From Asterias rubens (taxonomy: Eukaryota): a DNA stretch of 64,000 bases. Location: the NCBI RefSeq assembly GCF_902459465.1, contig NC_047083.1:8928001-8992000 (forward strand), read 5' to 3'. Made by a program: the position numbers and the translations under genes. Positions 50,301 through 64,000 of this stretch are shown here, in pieces (position 1 is the first letter of the stretch; each line of letters begins with the position of its first letter). The notes below the pieces were generated by a model that saw only the letters and a program-made list of their open reading frames with translations, made no database searches and had not been told where the DNA came from.

Positions 50301-51563
50301 AATTCCCCACTAACAGTCTGATTAAAATGTAAATTCAGCAAATTGCTGTGTTTTTGTTGACTAAGTGTAAAAATTATTAACTAATTTTATTAAAAGAAAA
50401 TAAATGTTGAATAACAAAAAAAACTAACTCGGTTGGAAAATAAAGGGATCAGTTTGATCAGTTCTGAGAACAGTAAATGCCTTACAAAATGTTTCCCTGC
50501 TGGTCTTCACAAATTTCTCATAATTTTTAGAAAATGTTTGGTTATGATTTAGGCCTATGTCCTTTTATTTATTAAATTCTTGATGCATGTTCTTAGCTCC
50601 AAATGACTCTGTATTTAAACCAGTTTTTAGTGAGATTTTTTTCATTTTTTAATTTCTAATATAAATGGTCGAGTATGCTTATGAATATGCGCAGATGTGT
50701 TGAACATTAATTCACGACTATAAATACTTAACTCGTTGTGTGAATATTTATTTTCATGAAATAAAACTATTTGCATTTGCTAATCTTGTGGATTTTTTTT
50801 AATGTACACTTGGCCACAATGTTTAACTTGGATGATACAAAGAATATATAATGTAGAAGTCTGTCACTTTGTAAGAAAATTCTTGTTTAGTTTCTGTTTG
50901 TTCTTTGTCCATTTGATGCATTTTGGCCTTGGGGTCCGTGTGCACTCGACTCGGGGGCTGTTGGAGTTTGGGTTCGCGTCTCGGTCATGAAACTAATTTT
51001 GACTCGGAGCAAGGAATTTGCCCATAATTGTTAAGCCATGCTTTTTGTTAGGCATTGGCGCCTTATTCATCGGATGGGACTTGAAGTTATGGGGCCAATT
51101 TGTTGCAGGTAAAACAAAACAAGTATCGTTAAGGGCACTGTCAATGTTGATGACAAATTGAGCCAAAATGTTCACAGGTTTGTTGTATGCGTAACGTTGG
51201 GATACACAGCTTTGAAATCGCACCGATCAATGTTAAAAAAGATGAATTGGACATGAATATAATGATAATACAGTACTCCAACAAAAAGACACAAACAGAC
51301 CATGAACTTTCTTTCCCGCTTACTTTATTGTTATTTACTTAAACTTGCTTTACACACGACATCATCAGGCCCCATGTCACAACAGTGTAGAGAACGCTGC
51401 AAATCATTTTGCAAAAGGGGCCGGTCAAATCAGAGATGGTGATGAAGAACAGAAATCTTAGGATAAGGTTCAAGACTTTGAAAGAACATCTTTGTAACTG
51501 ATGAGGAGTCCCAAAAGTATTCCAAGTCTTGGAGCTGATCCGCCGAGACAATTTGGAGTTGAC

Positions 51564-53520
51564 TTAACGGTATGATTTCTGGTAACGGGCCCGGGGTCCG
51601 GGACCTCCGAACTTCTTGGGCTCGCAGCGTCTGGGATCGGCGACGAGGAGTGACCTGTCGTATTGGATTAGGATGTCCTTGATTTCCTTCTTGGAGGCTT
51701 CGTCGACGTCTAGAAAATAAAACAATAAAATACAATGTCACTTTTGAATGTGGTTTTTCCATTTCTGTTCAAGCACCACAGTAATAGCTAGCTAGTTGTG
51801 TAAGCGAAGAGAGTGCATAGAAAGAGGGAGTTCGCACACGCCCAAGCAAAAACTCCCTGCTAACCCTTGAAACATGCTGGACAACCACGCGGAATCCCTT
51901 GCTTCCATAAGCGCAGATTCATTGCTTACGGCCCGACAAACCTCGGCTCAGTGCGGCGGCGCATAGAGTATCATGCATAACAATGGACCATGATCATTGT
52001 CCTAAATTTTGACTTACATTTCTGGTAGTATGAGACCAACGACTTTGAGACGGCCTGCCTTATAGCATAGATCTGTGCGATACGTCCACCTCCCTTGACT
52101 CGGACTCTGATGTCAACTCCCTGGAATCGCTCCTTACCCAAAAGCAGGACAGGCTCCATCAGCTGTAAGAGAGAAATGAGAATGCGTAATTATTATTATT
52201 TTATTTCTCTCCAAAGGTCCAATAAAATAACAGACAAAAGCAGGCATGCACCCTTTGTTTTTAAAAGGGCAAGGGCATCAAGGCATTTTCTCCTTGGTAA
52301 AGGGCTCTCAATTAGGAAATTGAAAATGTTCAGTGCATTTGTTGCCTAGGTGATGTCAATGACGTTTTGAGTGTAATGGATGGATTCATTAGACATTGAT
52401 GATCAAATCGGAGTTCTTAGAAATGATTTTTGAAAGTGGTAACAAATTTGCCAAATCTGGTGACTAGTCTTTCAACATTGGACAAAATGGCACTCATGGT
52501 CAAATCTTGTGCATGATGTCTCGTAACCCTCCGGTCTCCGACGGTCCGGAGGATGGAGGGTTACGATCATCGCAACAAGCTACTCTTCTCGGTGAAGCTG
52601 CATTTTCTCACCTTGTACTTCAGTACTTTAGGCTCAAGCATCTCCAAGGGCTTGCCGTTCACTCGGAGGACGCCATTTCCACGCTTGCAATGGGCCACCG
52701 CCGTAGCGGTTTTCTGCAAAAATAAAAGAACAAATTTATAAAATTGTTGTTATTTTTACAACTTGAAATTTTGGAAAAGTTTCCGTATGGCGCCACCACT
52801 TTTTCATTCGAAATAAAATAATATAGTATCTAATTTACCTGATTGATATATCCCTTTTTGTAAAAATGAGTGAAAAAGTGGTGGCGCCATACGGAAAGTT
52901 ATCCGAAATTTTTCCTGTTTCATTCAACAACAGTTGAATTACGATCACCATTCACAGATTACCTGCAAGCGCCGAATTTCTGCACAAGTCTTAGAATGCC
53001 TAGTAACAAGGAGACCGGACCGGACGCGGACCGGACGCGCATAAGCCAAAACTCCCCGCCAACTCGGGAAATACGCTTGACATAAGCACAGAATTCCCGG
53101 GACCCTGCTTCAGTTAATTTTTTAATTAAATAAGTAAGACTCTGATCATTTGTTGCTTTATTAATGTAAGCAGAGCCATGAACTTTGGCCCTGCTGGTGA
53201 CTGGGTCAAAATCATTTGCCAAATTGATAAATATTTAAATATAATTAGGCCCCCCATTTCGAAATTGAATTATCCAGACCAAAGATAGATGTGAACAGAA
53301 AAATATTGTAAACTTGTATTTCAAAATGATCGTTTAATAAGCAAAATCTGGGATGTTCCTATGCCCCCCCCCTTCCATTTCCATTTGCCAATGCATGCAC
53401 AGTATTATTACGCACAGTACACCAAGAGAGGGCGCTATGACACGTTAACTTCAGCATTGAAATTACCTTTCGTCCGAAGACTTGCACCGATTCACGGGGT
53501 GTTTTCGCACTCTGAGACAT
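51564..53520 (-). CDS. RPS16: 40S ribosomal protein S16 (uS9), 148 aa, 4 coding exons
   Basis: Exons 53467-53520, 52612-52713, 52018-52162 and 51564-51709. [63 protein letters not shown]. Confidence 0.98.
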
Positions 53521-53651
53521 GGTTCTGTAAGAAAAATATATCACACAAGGTAGAAATGTTAGCAGGTTTTTTCCGATTCAATAACTTGTACACAAAATTT
53601 ATCAGAAGTCATATTTAAGGCAATTTTTAGATTCGGTAGTCGTAGCTTTAC

Positions 53652-53682
53652 CTGTCTCTGTGTGTGTTAATTTAGAAGAGGT
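53652..53682 (-). promoter_or_regulatory. probable non-coding first exon of RPS16 with TCT/5'TOP pyrimidine start
   Basis: Minus strand CCTCTTCTAAATT..GAGACAG|gtaaag; acceptor ttacag| 5 nt before the ATG. TCT initiators are typical of ribosomal protein genes. Confidence 0.6.
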
Positions 53683-53942
53683 CAGGAAACGGGTTTCCCA
53701 TTCTTGGGTCATTTTCTGAAAAATTCGTTCATTTAAAGAAAGTAAGTAAATTATATTTGATAATATTTTAGGTTTTTAATTGCACAAATAGTATACACAT
53801 ATTTGTAGATGGAATATTTATATATTTTAATTAATAGTTATAGAAAGAAACAGTTTTATTTCGAGCAATTAACTAAAGTATATATTTGCAGTAGTGATTA
53901 AGCCTTTGTGTCAAAGGTTGCACTTCAGTGGTGTGGACGGGA

Positions 53943-53988
53943 CCAATCAATGGCGTCAGCGGGAAAAATGGATCCAGATCGCGGGAAA
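53943..53988 (+). promoter_or_regulatory. TYMS proximal promoter: CCAAT box plus two E2F sites
   Basis: CCAAT at 53943; GCGGGAAA at 53959 and 53981; candidate UTR-exon donor AAA|GTAAGT at 54074 and acceptor ctttcag| near 55207. Confidence 0.6.
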
Positions 53989-55242
53989 GATCGCGCCACC
54001 TGAATCAAAACAAACCATTATTTGGTCCGAGTGCGTCGACTGCTAGCATCTGCCGTCTTCAAGTTTATAGAAAGTAAGTAAGTGAATATGATTTTCATTG
54101 TTTTTCATTTAGAATAATGATATATGAATATTGCAAACTTCGTCTCGTCCTCGCGGGCTCGGGCGTTTGGCATGTCCTGTATGTACGTAGGCGCTTGTTT
54201 TGTGTGTTTTGTGTGTACTGTACTGGGAATGGGATTATCAATTCAATTCAGGAAAAACTGGACTTCACTCACCTGCTCACTCAGCTCAGCAATTATTGTC
54301 AGCTTAGTTAATTTCATGTCAAGATGATTGTTTATGTTTCAATGTTAGTTAGGACTAGTACGTACGTAGTCGTAGGGTACGCTGATTTAGCCAGTTAATA
54401 TGAAAGTGATGTAGGCCTAAAAACAACAATTACAATGTAAATTGTAATTGTAATTCATTGTTTGTAAAACAAATTTGTTTTGTTTATAAATGAATGTATT
54501 GACTTTTGTAATTGTATGTAGTGTCTCAGCAACTCAGTTGACCAGTTGAAATGGTTGGTGTTCGGGGCGTGTGACAAATGTAGCTCGCTATATATATTTA
54601 CATATGATAGCAAACTTTGATCTTGACATGCAGGTTTTAAAAATTTAATGCAGAGATTTTGAGGGAGATTACGGATTACTTTTCGTATTTACGGTATGGT
54701 GTCACAACTTTTTCACAAGTTTTTTACAAAAAGAAATATCTTATTCATTGTCATTGAGCATGTTGAGGTAAATTAGATAGCCTACTTATTATTTCATATC
54801 GAATAAAAAAGTGGTGGCGCCATACGGAAACTTTTCCCTTTTCGTATTTACGGTATGGTGCCACAACTTTTTCACAAGTTTTTTACAAAAAGGGATATCT
54901 CATTCTCATTCATTGAGCATGTTGAGGAATAGCCTACTTATTATTTCATATCGAATGAAAAAGTGGTGGCCCCATACGGAAACTTTTCGTTTTTCGAGAT
55001 AACAATCAACTTGTCTTCCCCCCTTTCACTGTTGAACTTTTAATTTTTAGTTTGGCCAGTTGTTTGTATGCATGAACCAGGCTCAATCTTGTGATTCTTC
55101 ACTTTATTTTATAAATATAATTTATATGGATTATAAATGACAAACGTTCCTATTTTAATGCAATAAAGTCTGACCTGCTGACTATCAAATCTTTTCCCAC
55201 CCTTTCAGTTCAGTTTCATCTTCAGTTTCCTGACAAAACTAA

Positions 55243-64000
<8,758 letters not shown>

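Noticed and set aside
47400-51500. short ORFs between UBE2M and RPS16
   Set aside because: All overlap MITE or SINE fragments or AT-rich DNA; no splice-consistent exon chain was found.

Overview
AT-rich, intron-rich animal genomic DNA. The proteins are deuterostome-like and the repeat landscape suggests an echinoderm such as a sea star; the taxon is an inference. I reconstructed exon chains by hand with consistent splice phases for eight genes: a JmjC/cupin dioxygenase with a hydrophobic N-terminus (-), ILRUN (-), an intronless RTN4IP1 (+), WDR45/WIPI4 (-), PTDSS2 (+), UBE2M (+), RPS16 (-) and TYMS (+, runs off the window). A ninth, unidentified gene starts near 3.4 kb (-). Three pairs are head-to-head. 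Introns and intergenic DNA carry many MITEs (TTAA/Kolobok-type, hAT, MULE, PIF-like), tRNA-derived SINEs and RTE LINE scraps. The main feature is a young 5.5-kb Penelope-like (Neptune-type) retroelement, with RT, Cys-linker and GIY-YIG domains, in partial-tandem form with two minimal hammerhead ribozymes. It is inserted antisense about 15-17 nt upstream of the TYMS exon-2 acceptor, at a site where the acceptor and exon start are also duplicated. Two decayed hammerheads from other PLE families lie elsewhere. A recurring oddity is local duplication of exon edges (acceptor plus exon start, or the terminal codons) in four genes. No searches or folding programs were run; homologies are recognised from memory.
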